Assembly: GCA_963793425.1 (NCBI GenBank)
Contig: CAWCAG010000009.1
Coordinates: 224,001-288,000, forward strand
Origin: an uncultured cyanobacterium
GTDB lineage: Bacteria; Cyanobacteriota; Cyanobacteriia; Cyanobacteriales; CAWCAG01
Direction: 5' to 3'
DNA length: 64,000 nucleotides
A program made the translations under genes and the position numbers. Positions 42,701-52,709 of the stretch are shown in pieces (position 1 is the first letter of the stretch; each line of letters opens with the position of its first letter). Below the pieces are notes generated by a model. The model was not told where the DNA came from. It saw only the letters and a list, made by a program, of their open reading frames with translations, and did not search any database.

Positions 42701-43118
42701 AGCGGCTTGTCATCCTGATACTCCTGCCTTTCCCCATCATCCCCAACACCATGATTTGGTTAGCCAGGGGAGTAAGTTTATTATTGATACAGAAGCTAGT
42801 AGCGGGGGGCAATTAGGCCGTCCTTCGGGGGCAAGGTTCCGCAGTTATGAGAGGTTAAAGCGTTATAGTACCCAGGTGAAGGGGACGTTGTTTGCAACTC
42901 AAGATTTGCTAAAGGCGATTAACCAAATTTATCAATATCCTTTAAGGCAGTCGGCAATTGATCGGCTGAATCGTTCCTTAAAAAGTGGTGTGGATGATCA
43001 ACAGTTGGCAGAGTTAGTGGTTGCTTTGTATTTAGATGATCGTCTTTGCCTTGTTCATGAGGAAGGAAGAAAACAAGAACCACAAATTATTTGTTCGATG
43101 GGATTGTTTGAACATTAA
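39774..43118 (+). CDS. PLD-nuclease/SNF2-type SF2 helicase fusion
   Basis: HAKLY..D..GSSN (HKD), GDVVGLGKT, IDESH, TAT, SEGLNLQ, QRAGRVDR. Confidence 0.9.
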   Translation: MTRIFDNIGQHLLPVLRATLEISKRADFCVGYFNLRGWGKIAAQIEHFAGKEDSCCRLLIGMQRLPETEVHRSLALGGDHSGLDNRRVLRWKKQVAQDFCQQLSWGVPTNKDELALRQLQKQLQEGKVRVKFFLRYPLHAKLYLIHRDDFNNPTIGFLGSSNLTLSGLQNQGELNVDILDHDACLKLQRWFEARWEDRWCVDVSEEIIAAIEESWAREKLIPPYHIYLKIAYHLSSEARAGLAEYRIPRSVSGELFEFQKAAVKIAARHLNQRGGVLVGDVVGLGKTRIAATLAKILEEDFFLETLIICPKNLVPMWQEYVYNYQLRGKVLSLSRVQTELPQERRYRVVLIDESHNLRNRQGKRYRAIAEYIALNESRCILLTATPYNKTYLDLSSQLRLFINEDQDLGTRPEKLLKELGGEMEFSRKHQAPVRSLAAFEKSEYADDWRELMRHYMVRRTRSFIENNYAKEDATGRKYLEYPDGSKSYFPLRKPQTLTFDSTENGRLYSEEMVNTLGDLNLPRYGLGNYAISPKSAKGKGMTGEESAQIKDLSRGGKRLMGFCRTNLFKRLESSGIAFLQSLDRHLLRNYIFLYGIAHQLRLPIGSQDASLLDPQQSDDDTLFSQGEEEEIAEVSTAFVSETEKEYWQRAAQVYQEYATRYQKRFKWIRPQLFKASLKKDLQADCSTLLKLLQSCGSWQANQDQKLQVLIDLVCTTHPQEKVLIFSQFADTVNYLTTEMQKRGVKRVAGVTGSSKNPAAIAWDFSPQSNGKPLPEAKQLRILIATDVLSEGLNLQDCAIIVNYDLPWAIIRLIQRAGRVDRFGQAAAKILCYSFLPAEGVEEVIRLRSRLRQRLKENAEVVGTDEAFFEDDLDEQVMLDLYHEKSGILDGEEDTEVDLTSEAYQIWKNAVDADPPLKKIIENLNNVVYATRHHNSTPTHPEGVLLYMKTAEGNDALAWVNKEGQSVTESQFAILRAAACHPDTPAFPHHPQHHDLVSQGSKFIIDTEASSGGQLGRPSGARFRSYERLKRYSTQVKGTLFATQDLLKAINQIYQYPLRQSAIDRLNRSLKSGVDDQQLAELVVALYLDDRLCLVHEEGRKQEPQIICSMGLFEH

Positions 43119-43512
43119 CGTACCTACACCTCATATTAGTTTTGTTGTACCTTATTGCCTGTATTGATTGGAAAAACAAATTTTACAAAGATAAATAATT
43201 TGCTTTTGTCAAGACCCTTATTTACACAATTGCGCCTTTTGAGCTATTATTACCTCATGTTATTTTAGGGTTTTTATAACTAAGATCAAAGCTTCTCTTC
43301 TCAAAGCTTGATTTAAGGTGATTATCAAACTCATTTTTTCTGCAAAGACCAAAAAAAATATCATTACGCTCTATTAATTAATGTCACACCAAAAAAGTTT
43401 ATTTGACAAAATACCGTGATTTGGCTATGTCTGCCCACCAAAATTAATAGGCAGTGGTGGGCAAATATTTGAGATAGATTTAAATTAACGAATGTCTTCT
43501 TTTTCGCCCCCC

Positions 43513-44913
43513 CTATTTTCTACTTTCTAGTTGTTCCAAGAGAATTCTGCGATTATTAATCGCTGCTTGATAATCAGGCTTAATCTCTAAAGCTTGATCA
43601 TAAGATGCTAATGCTTCGGAGTATTGTTCTAAATTCTTGAGGGCAATGCCACGATTATTCCAAGCTGCATAGGTATTTGGTGCAATCTCCAAAACTTTCT
43701 CAAAGGATGCTAATGCTTCGGAGTGTTTGCCTAAGTTTCCTAAAGCAATGCCGCGACTATTCCAAGCTTGATAATAGTTAGGTGTTATTTCTATCGCTTT
43801 GTCAAGGGAAACTAATGCTTCTGAAGGGTTCCCGGCCATATCTAGAGCAATGCCACGACGATACCAAGCTTGATAATAGTCAGGTTTAATTTCTACAGCT
43901 TTGTCAAAAGAAGCAACTGCTTCTAAGTAGTTTTCTAAATTTTCTAGCACAATACCGCGACTATACCAAGCATAATGATAATCGGGTTTTATTTCTACAG
44001 CTTTGTTAAGGGAAACTAGTGCTTCTGAAGGGTTCCCTACCATATCTAAGGAGATGCCACGACGATACCAGGCTATAAAGTTGTTAGGTACAATCTCTAA
44101 AGCTTTATCATAAGAGGCGATCGCTTCCTCATATTGTTCTAAATTATCTAAGGCAATGGCGCGATTATACCAAGTTACGTGATCGTCAGGTTTGACTTTT
44201 AAATATTTGTCAAAAGAAGCTACTGCTTGCTGATAATCTTTTAACTTATATAGGGCATTGCCGCGACTGTCCCAAGCATAATGGTAATCAGGTTTAGTTT
44301 CTAAAGCTTTGTCAAAAGAAGCTACTGCTTGCTGATAATCTTCTAATTCATATAGGGCAATGCCGCGACGATACCAAGCCTGATAATAGTCAGGTTTGAT
44401 TTCTAAAGCCTTGTCAAAAGAAGCTACTGCTTGCTGATAATCTTCTAATTTATATAGGGCATTACCCTGCCCATACCAAGCCTGATAGTAGTCAGGTTTA
44501 ATCTCTAAAGCTTTGTTATAGGAGGCGATCGCCTCCTCGTATTTCTCTAAATTATTGAGAACAATACCGCGACTATTCCAAGCATAATGAAAGTCAGCTT
44601 TAATTTCTATCGCTTTGTCAAGGGAGACTAATGCCTCTGAGAACTTTCCTGACATATCTAGGACAACACCGTGAAGATACCAAGCTTGATAGTAATTAGG
44701 CTTAATCTCTACAGCTTTCTCAAAAGATGCGATCGCCTCTTCATAACGTTCCTGTTCAAATAATTCCATACCCTCAGAAAACAAATCTTCTGCTGTCATC
44801 GTTTCAGCAATTTCTACTTTTACAGCAGCAACTGAAGGTTGGTTAACGAAAACCCCAGTAGATAAAGAGAAAACCAGAATACCGGGAAGAGTCAATTGGT
44901 AAGGAAATTTCAT
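43513..44913 (-). CDS. Secreted tetratricopeptide-repeat protein (~12 TPRs)
   Basis: Signal peptide from ATG 44913; 34-aa/102-bp near-identical repeats (AW..RG..L...A.AS.DKA.EIKP). Confidence 0.92.
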   Translation of the reverse strand: MKFPYQLTLPGILVFSLSTGVFVNQPSVAAVKVEIAETMTAEDLFSEGMELFEQERYEEAIASFEKAVEIKPNYYQAWYLHGVVLDMSGKFSEALVSLDKAIEIKADFHYAWNSRGIVLNNLEKYEEAIASYNKALEIKPDYYQAWYGQGNALYKLEDYQQAVASFDKALEIKPDYYQAWYRRGIALYELEDYQQAVASFDKALETKPDYHYAWDSRGNALYKLKDYQQAVASFDKYLKVKPDDHVTWYNRAIALDNLEQYEEAIASYDKALEIVPNNFIAWYRRGISLDMVGNPSEALVSLNKAVEIKPDYHYAWYSRGIVLENLENYLEAVASFDKAVEIKPDYYQAWYRRGIALDMAGNPSEALVSLDKAIEITPNYYQAWNSRGIALGNLGKHSEALASFEKVLEIAPNTYAAWNNRGIALKNLEQYSEALASYDQALEIKPDYQAAINNRRILLEQLESRK

Positions 44914-45138
44914 AATGTGTCTCAGTAGGATCAAGATTGCAGTTGAGGTTGAGTCGCATTTTAATGATTGCACTCAAGAAGGATTTCTCTGCTTCGAGGA
45001 GATAAATACTCAAAGGCAACGAAACTTTAACAATTATGATTTAAAGGGAACCTTTGGTAATGGTGGGCAAATGTTTTAAAGCAAGTCTAATCAACCATAT
45101 CCAGCAGTATGGGCAAAAGAACTTTATAGCACATCTAA

Positions 45139-45303
45139 ACTTTACAAAAATTTACGTTTTTTTTCTCGAATTTTACCTTATTTTTCCCTTGACAAGGTAA
45201 AATTATTTTAGATAATGGAAATAGTCGCAATTTTCTGAAACGAAGCATCTATTTCCCCTTATAAAATATTATCATTAAACAGTAATACAACCAAAAGATA
45301 GAA
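45139..45303. repeat. Dispersed intergenic element, copy 2
   Basis: Ungapped match to 1016-1180 (TTGACA at 45189). Confidence 0.85.
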
Positions 45304-45393
45304 AATTTCTTTTCTTTTTTGCTTATCCTAATTTCTCGTCTTCGAGTATGGAGATAGAAATGAGCAAATGAAAGGTATGATAGATAATTAAAA

Positions 45394-45804
45394 ATGGCGA
45401 GAGATAGATTTCATAATGTTGTGAGAACTGCTCTAGAAAAAGACAATTGGCAGATTACAGCCGATCCTTACGAAATTAGTATCGACGATGTAGACTTTGA
45501 AATTGATTTAGCCGCAGAACAATTGTTAGCAGCAGAACGAGGAAATCAAAAAGTTGCTGTGGAAGTGAAAAGTTTTATTAGTCCATCTAATGTTTCTGAC
45601 TTTCATACAGCGTTAGGTCAATTCCTCAATTACCGAGATGCACTGACAAAAATTGAACCAGATCGCTTACTTTATTTGGCTGTGCGATTGCCAATTTACG
45701 AAACTTTTTTCCAGCGACGCTTTATTACCGCAGCAGTTGAAAGATATCAATTACGATTAGTGATTTATGATGTCAAGCAGGAGGTAATTGTTCAATGGCT
45801 GTAG
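45394..45804 (+). CDS. xisH: XisH family protein (PD-(D/E)xK fold)
   Basis: IDLAAE, AVEVKSF, FHTALGQFLNYR. Confidence 0.92.
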   Translation: MARDRFHNVVRTALEKDNWQITADPYEISIDDVDFEIDLAAEQLLAAERGNQKVAVEVKSFISPSNVSDFHTALGQFLNYRDALTKIEPDRLLYLAVRLPIYETFFQRRFITAAVERYQLRLVIYDVKQEVIVQWL

Positions 45805-46136
45805 AACAATATCGTCAGTATATAAAACATCTTCTTTCTGAGCGGGCTAAACAGGCTTCACAGCAACGGAATGCACCAGAGTATGAAGTTCAGACTGTAT
45901 TTGATATCCAGCAAGATCATTACCAATTACTTTATGTGGGTTGGCGCGGCAATAAGCGGGATTTTGGTTGCATTGTGCATATGGATATCAAGAAGGGGAA
46001 AATCTGGATTCAGCATGATGGTACAGAAGGAGGCTTTGCTAACCGTTTAGTTGAGATGGGAGTACCTAAGCAGGATATAGTTTTGGCGTTTCATGAACCT
46101 GAAATACGGGAGTATACCGATTTTGGTACAGGATAG
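45795..46136 (+). CDS. xisI: XisI family protein
   Basis: DHYQLLYVGW, KIWIQHDGTE, GVPKQDIVLAFH; overlaps xisH. Confidence 0.92.
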   Translation: MAVEQYRQYIKHLLSERAKQASQQRNAPEYEVQTVFDIQQDHYQLLYVGWRGNKRDFGCIVHMDIKKGKIWIQHDGTEGGFANRLVEMGVPKQDIVLAFHEPEIREYTDFGTG

Positions 46137-46200
46137 AAAAAAGCAAATTAAGGCGATCGCACTTAGCCTAAAATATTAAAAGTAGAAATACATCAAATAA

Positions 46201-49200
46201 ATGGCACTCAATTTTGAACGTATCCGTGATTTGGTAGACGAGTTTTGCTTTCAGGACGTATTTATTGAGGAGTTGGGGTGGGATCAACCTTCTAGTAGTA
46301 AGGTAGAGTCAGTTACAGTCGCCGCAAAGATTTATAACTATCAAAAAATAGCAGAAGCAGCAAAGGTAGCTATTTTTGAGGTGAAAGGGGCAGAGGGAGA
46401 GATTCCTGATGGACAGATTCGCACAGCGATACATAAAGAAATTGAACAACGGGTGGCGGAAAACCTGTTGATTTTTGTGGATGAGAAGAGGACACGCAGT
46501 TTATGGTATTGGGTGAAGCGAGAGGGTACGAAACGTTATATTCGTGATCATCTTTATGTGAGAGGGCAACCAGGGGATTTATTTTTAAGTAAGTTAAGTT
46601 CTTTAGTTCTTGATATTACGAAGTTAGAAGAATATGAAGAACTTTCTGTTGTTGAAGTTGCCCAGAAACTGAAAAGTGGTTTTGATATTGAACGGGTTAC
46701 GAAAAAGTTTTACCAAGAGTTTCAACAACAACATTTACATTTTCTCGATTTTGTTGCTGGTATTGATAAAGAAACAGATCGCCGTTGGTATACTTCGGTG
46801 TTATTGAATCGTTTGATGTTTGTTTATTTTTTGCAACGCAAGGGGTTTATTGATGGTGATCTTGACTATTTACAAAACAAGTTAGCACAAAGTAAAGCTA
46901 GGGGAGAAAATCGCTATTACCCGGAGTTTTTAACAGCGTTATTTTTTGCTGGATTTGGTCAGCGAGAAGTTGAGAGAGATGAGGTTGTTGTTGAGTTAAT
47001 TGGTAAGGTTAAATATCTCAACGGGGGGCTATTTCTAGAACATCCTATTGAACAGAAATATAAAGATATTGCTATTGCCGATGCTGCTTTTGAAGAGGTT
47101 TTAGATTTATTTTCCCGTTATTCTTGGAATCTTGATGATACTCCAGAAGGAAAAGATGATGAGATTAATCCTGATGTCTTGGGTTATATTTTTGAGAAGT
47201 ATATTAACCAAAAAGAGTACGGGGCTTATTATACTCGCCCGGAGATTACAGAATATTTATGCGATCGCACCATTAATAAACTGATTGTTGACCGGGTTAA
47301 CAATCAGGCAAAAACCAATTTCCCTGATATCAAAGAGTTATTGCTCAACTTAGATGCTAAGCTTTGTCGTCTTTTAGTTGAAGACATTCTTCCTAATTTA
47401 ACTATACTTGACCCCGCTTGTGGTTCGGGGGCGTTTTTAGTAGCAGGGATGAAGACGCTAATTTCGGTTTACACAGCCGTTATTGGCACAATTGAACTAA
47501 CGGGAAGTCGGAAGTTAAAAAAATGGCTCAAAGAGATTAATCGTTCCCATCCTTCTTTGGCTTATTTTGTTAAGAAGCGCATTATTACCGACAATCTCTA
47601 TGGTGTGGATATTATGGAGGAGGCGACAGAAATTGCTAAGTTGCGGTTGTTTTTAGCTTTGGTTTCTTCAGCACAAACAAAGGAAGAGTTGGAACCGTTA
47701 CCTAATATTGATTTTAATATTATGGTGGGTAATTCTTTGATTGGTTTGATTAGGGTTGACGAGGAAAGTTTTGATACAGTTGGGGAAGCTAAGCAAGGGA
47801 ATTTGTTACAGCCGTTAGCAGCAAAAGATTATCAAGAAACTCTGGCAGAAAAGAATGAAAGTGTGCGGCTGTATAAAGAACACGCTTTTAAATCTGGGGA
47901 AGTTGAAGGGACTCAACAAAGCGATCGCTTACAATTTTTACGAGATGATATTCAAAAGGTTAATGCCGAATCAACCCAAAAGTTGAATCAGTTATTGTTT
48001 GATGAATTTGGTAAGTTAAAGATTAAATACGAACAAGCACAGTTGCAAGGGAAGGCGAAGAAGCGGTTATTAGAGATAGAAGATATTGCTAGGTTGAAGC
48101 CCTTTCATTGGGGATATCATTTTGATGAGGTGATTGCAGATAAAGGCGGGTTTGATGCTATTATTACTAATCCACCTTGGGAAATATTTAAACCTAATGC
48201 CAGAGAGTTTTTTGTCCAACATAATGAGTTAGTGATAAAAAGCAAAATGGATATTAAGCAGTTTGAGAAAGCGAAGAAGAAGTTACTGCTTGATGCTGAA
48301 ATTGCTAACGCTTGGTTAGAGTATCAAAGTCAATTTCCCCACGTTAGCTCATACTATCGCAAGGCGGAACAATATAAAAATCAAATCTCTGTTGTTAATG
48401 GCAGAAAACAGGGAACAGATATTAATTTGTACAAGTTGTTTTTGGAACAATGTTTTAATTTACTTCATCCTAATGGTGACTGTGGAATTGTTGTTCCTCG
48501 GGGATTTATACAGATTTAGGAACTAAGCAACTCGGGAATTTATTATTTTCTGCAACTCGTTTAGGTAATTTGTTTGGTTTATCTAATGAAAGATTTATTT
48601 TTGATAATGTTGATCATCGTTTCAAGTTTTGTTTACTAGATTTTGAAAAAGGCGGTAATACGGAATCATTTCAAGCGGCATTTCGCATTAATCCCAGGGA
48701 AGCAATTAGGAAAGAGCAGTTAGAGGTATTTCTTAGAGATAAAAATGAACAAATAAAAATCTCTGTTCCGTTGATTCATCAGTTATCACCCGATTCTTTA
48801 TCCGTGATGGAATTTAAAAGTAATTTAGATATTACTATTGCTGAAAAGATGGCGAAGTTTCCTTTGTTAGGGGAAGAAGTTGTAGAGAAGTGGAATTTGA
48901 AATTAACCCGCGAGTTTGACATGACAAATAAAAGTTATTTGTTTAAAACTGAACCAGCAAAAGGAAGACTTCCCCTTTATGAAGGAAAAATGATTCATCA
49001 GTTTACTCATCAATGGGCTGAACCGAGATATTGGATTGATGAAGAAGAAGGAAGAGAAGCTGTATTAAAAAGAGGTGAAGAAGATGAAGGTCAAATATTA
49101 GATTATCAATGTTATCGATTAGCTTATAGAGCAATTGCTTCAAGTACAAATGAAAGAACTTTAATTGCTTCGATAATTCCCAACAGATGTTTTTACTGGT

Positions 49201-50161
49201 AATTCTTTAAATATTGCTGTTTTAGATAATTATTATCATTTACTAGTAATATCTAGTTTATTAAATAGCTTTTGTGTTGATTTTGCTTTACGCCAACAAG
49301 TATCAGCAAATATCAATATGTTCTACATTTATCAACTCCCCATTCCCCGCCTAACCGAAACAGACAAACACTTCCACACAAATAGTAGAACGTGCCGCCA
49401 AACTAATTTGCACAACTCCAGAATTTGACGAACTCGCCCAAGAAGTTGGTATAGAATCCCATAAAAACGGTATTACCGACGAAACCGAAAGAGCAAAACT
49501 TCGTGCTGAACTTGACGGCATCATCGCCCACATTTACCGCTTAAGCGAACAAGAATTTCAACATATTCTTAACACCTTTCCCCTCATTTCCGAAGAAACA
49601 AAACAAGCTGCCCTAACGGAATATCATAACTTTACTCCCCTCTCTGGCGACCCAGAAATAGTCAACTTAATCACCCAAGGAGAAAGCGCCACCTTAGAGT
49701 TTAAATCTACTGCCCGTTGGGACTTGCGGGAGAATAAAAAGAGTAAAGTTATGGAACAAATCATCGTCAAAACCGTCGCCGCTTTCCTGAATAGTCAAGG
49801 GGGAACATTATTAATTGGCGTTGAAGATGACGGTAATGTAATTGGTTTAGAAGCAGACTATCAAACTCTGAAAAAAGGTAACAAACAAGATGCCTATGAA
49901 CTATTTTTAACGGACTTACTCTTAGAAAAAGAAATAGGCAAAGACTCCGCCCCTTATATCCGTATAAGTTTCGGTGAAGTAGAAAAAAAAGATGTTTGCC
50001 AAATTACCGTTAAACCTTCTCCTCGCCCTGTTTATATTCAGACTAAAAACAAAAATGGTGAACAAGAAGAAAGCTTATTTATCCGTGTCAACAACTCCAC
50101 CAGAAAACTAGACAAACCTAGCGAAATTCGCAACTACTGCCAAGACAGATGGGCGAAGTAA
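46201..50161 (+). pseudogene. Eco57I/type IIG-like N6-adenine methyltransferase-TRD with C-terminal Schlafen/AlbA_2 domain; three frameshifts (~48498, ~49180, ~49378)
   Basis: GAYYTR, LDPACGSGAFL, NPPW; hand reconstruction runs VPSGIYTDLG...IPTDVFTGNSL...YQLPIPRL...IVERAAKLIC...GESATLEFKSTARWD into AAFLNSQGGTLLIGV. Confidence 0.85.
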
Positions 50162-50328
50162 TAGGTAATAATTAGAAACTAGCTAAATTCAACAACGTAG
50201 TGGCGTGACACGCCTAAAATGATGCTTTAGAAAAAGAGTCATACTGTTTTTATTCATGTTTCTAAGTGATAATCTATTGCACTACTTTCTCTTTCAGTGG
50301 ATACGAGAGTTAGGGAAATAGGGAGAAG

Positions 50329-51039
50329 TTAATCACTACTAACAGTAGGAATAGTCATTGTAGAAGTAATTCTTTCTGCCAAACGCGAAAAAGGTAAACT
50401 TTGTAAATAAACAACACCTGGCCCTTTTAACCTCGCCAAAAACAAACCTTCTCCCCCAAATAAAGCATTACGAAAGCCACCGACAAATTGAATGTCGTAA
50501 CCTACAGAAGGAGCAAAAGCTACTAAACAGCCCGTATCTACCCGTAAAGATTGTCCTTGGGCAAGAGTTTTTTCAACAATTGCACCCCCAGCATGAACGA
50601 AGGCATAACCATCTCCCTTTAATTCTTGTAAGATAAAGCCTTCACCACCAAAGAAGCCTGTACCAAGACGTTTGGTGAAAGCAACGTTGATATCTGTCCC
50701 GTTAGCTGCACAAAGAAAGGCATCTTTTTGACATAAAAATCTTCCTCCTAATCTGCTTAAATCAAGGGGAATAATTTGCCCTGGACAAGTGGCAGAAAAA
50801 CCTACCCTGGCTTTACCCCTGCCTCCATTGGCAAAAGTAGTAATGAAGAAACTTTCCCCAGTAATCATCCGTTTAAAGCCGGAAAATATGCCCCCACCTG
50901 TGGAAGTCTGCATTTGGATGCCATCTTCCATATAGGTCATTGTACCAACTTCTGCTTGTACTCCTTCACCAGGATCTAGTTCTATTTCTACTAGCTGGAG
51001 GGAGTCACCATAGATTTTGTAGTCAATAATATCAGCCAT
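50329..51039 (-). CDS. TIGR00266/AIM24 family protein
   Basis: GESFFIT, CQKDAFLCA, GFFGGEGFILQ, VDTGCLVAF, QSLPFSRLA. Confidence 0.9.
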   Translation of the reverse strand: MADIIDYKIYGDSLQLVEIELDPGEGVQAEVGTMTYMEDGIQMQTSTGGGIFSGFKRMITGESFFITTFANGGRGKARVGFSATCPGQIIPLDLSRLGGRFLCQKDAFLCAANGTDINVAFTKRLGTGFFGGEGFILQELKGDGYAFVHAGGAIVEKTLAQGQSLRVDTGCLVAFAPSVGYDIQFVGGFRNALFGGEGLFLARLKGPGVVYLQSLPFSRLAERITSTMTIPTVSSD

Positions 51040-51062
51040 TTTTTCAGTACTTACTAATCTAG

Positions 51063-51328
51063 TGAACTACCTCAGCCTAAAGACGTGAGGCTTCCTATCC
51101 AACAGATTGCGTAATAGTAGACTTCTTACGTCCTCTACTATCACGGCTTACGTCTGGACAATAGACTACCTCCCCTGTCCCAGAGGATAAAATACGCAAT
51201 CCTTCATCCAGGATGTTTTTAGCTGCATTGATCTCTCTATGGATTTTGGCGTGAACTATTTCCATCTTAGGGAACTTTAGACCCTTTAGACCATCTTTGA
51301 CAATAGAGACATTCTTTTGAATAGCCAA
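51063..51328 (-). mobile_element. tnpB: Second internally deleted tnpB remnant with intact IS200/IS605 right end/omegaRNA
   Basis: LKFPKMEIVHAKIH|REINAAKNILDEGLRILSSGTG; ends GAAGCCTCACGTCTTTAGGCTGAGGTAGTTCA. Confidence 0.8.
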
Positions 51329-51517
51329 AGTGCCGTTAGCAACTAGCCATTAGCAACTAGCAATTAGCAATTAACAATTAATATTTTCCTAAGAAAAAAA
51401 TCCAATAAAAATCTCCCGAAAACATCTATTAATCTTAGTATTTTAATTGTCAAAATGTCCGGATAGAGTGAGGAATCTTCTTAATAGATTAGTGTGTAGC
51501 AAGGAACCTAAAAATTC

Positions 51518-52684
51518 ATGCGATTATCTAGCCTCACTTTATACACATTAACTGCTTTGATTGCAGGTGGAAAGGCTGTTCAAGCCAATGAAAATATCTC
51601 GGTTCCAGATTTGGCTGAAGAACCAGAAACACCTGTTGATTTAATTGCAGAAGATGATACAAATGAAATTTCTGAAGTAGTAATGCCTCAAACAGAGGTA
51701 CTTCCTCCAGAAAATCAACTTGCCCAAGTAGAGTTTTCTTCCCCAAAAACAGCAACTCAACCTGTTGAGTTAGCCCAATTACCCAGCTTAAATACTTCCA
51801 CCCAAGCAGAAGAGTTAAAAGCAGAAACTATAATACCAGAAACCATAACACCAGAAGAAACTCCACTAGTTGCTGAGACTTCAGAAAACTGTAATGCGTC
51901 TCACTCAAACAATTCCGAACAGTTTGAGGAAATTGCTTCAACTCAACTCTTGGCTCAAAAACGCTTTCAACGTTGTCCTCGCCCTTTAGAAGTTGAACCT
52001 TTAGAAGCCCCCGAATTTGATGCTTTTGCCGCTTCCCCTGCCTTAAGCATTTACATTCCCGTTGGTTATGGCGCAGATCGCAACACCATTTTCACCTCCC
52101 ATAGCTATCAATCTGCGGTCAGAGTAGATGATGGTTCAGTTTATTCGGCTGGGGTGGGAGTTGGTTTAGGAGATGCAGATAAAGCTGTTGGTGTGGAACT
52201 ATCCTATGCCTTAGATACCAACAATGCCTTTGGGGATGGGGGCTTCAATACCAAAGTACACAAACGCTTTGGCAATGATTGGTCAGGGGCTTTAGGTTGG
52301 AATGGTTTGCTCAACACCAGCCGTAATGACTTTGAACAATCTTTTTATGGGGCCCTCACTAAAGTTTTTCGTACCCAACCTTCTTTGAATGATAGCTTCA
52401 GTCGGGTTTCTGTTACCGCCGGGTTAGGAGATGGACAGTTTCGCTCTAATGGGGCTGTGGCCGTAGGTGATAACAATATTAACGCCTTCGGTAACGTAGC
52501 GGTTCGGGTCGCCCGTCCTGTGAGTTTAATTGCAGAGTGGACAGGGCAAGATTTAGGTTTAGGGGTTTCCATTGCTCCCTTTAAAAATATTCCCATCGTC
52601 GTCACCCCAGCCTTCAGAGATGTGGCAGGTGCTGGTGATAAACCCAGGTTTGTCCTGGGTTTGGGTGCAGCTTGGAGATTATAA
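51518..52684 (+). CDS. Exported protein, acidic N-terminus and probable C-terminal outer-membrane beta-barrel
   Basis: Signal peptide; amphipathic beta-strands ending LGLGAAWRL. Confidence 0.6.
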   Translation: MRLSSLTLYTLTALIAGGKAVQANENISVPDLAEEPETPVDLIAEDDTNEISEVVMPQTEVLPPENQLAQVEFSSPKTATQPVELAQLPSLNTSTQAEELKAETIIPETITPEETPLVAETSENCNASHSNNSEQFEEIASTQLLAQKRFQRCPRPLEVEPLEAPEFDAFAASPALSIYIPVGYGADRNTIFTSHSYQSAVRVDDGSVYSAGVGVGLGDADKAVGVELSYALDTNNAFGDGGFNTKVHKRFGNDWSGALGWNGLLNTSRNDFEQSFYGALTKVFRTQPSLNDSFSRVSVTAGLGDGQFRSNGAVAVGDNNINAFGNVAVRVARPVSLIAEWTGQDLGLGVSIAPFKNIPIVVTPAFRDVAGAGDKPRFVLGLGAAWRL

Positions 52685-52709
52685 GTATTAAATTAAGGAC
52701 GTAAAAATC

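Noticed and set aside
43513..44800. 102-bp tandem DNA repeats as a possible array or DGR template
   Set aside because: They are in-frame TPR coding repeats, and there is no reverse transcriptase nearby.
45139..45260. Small toxin-like ORF on the minus strand of the element (MLRFRKLRLFPLSK..., 37 aa, copy 2)
   Set aside because: The start and frame are not conserved in copies 1 and 3 (copy 1 has an in-frame stop).
48490..49385. Phase variation or programmed frameshifting of the MTase
   Set aside because: No long simple-sequence tracts or slippery heptamers were seen at the three sites.
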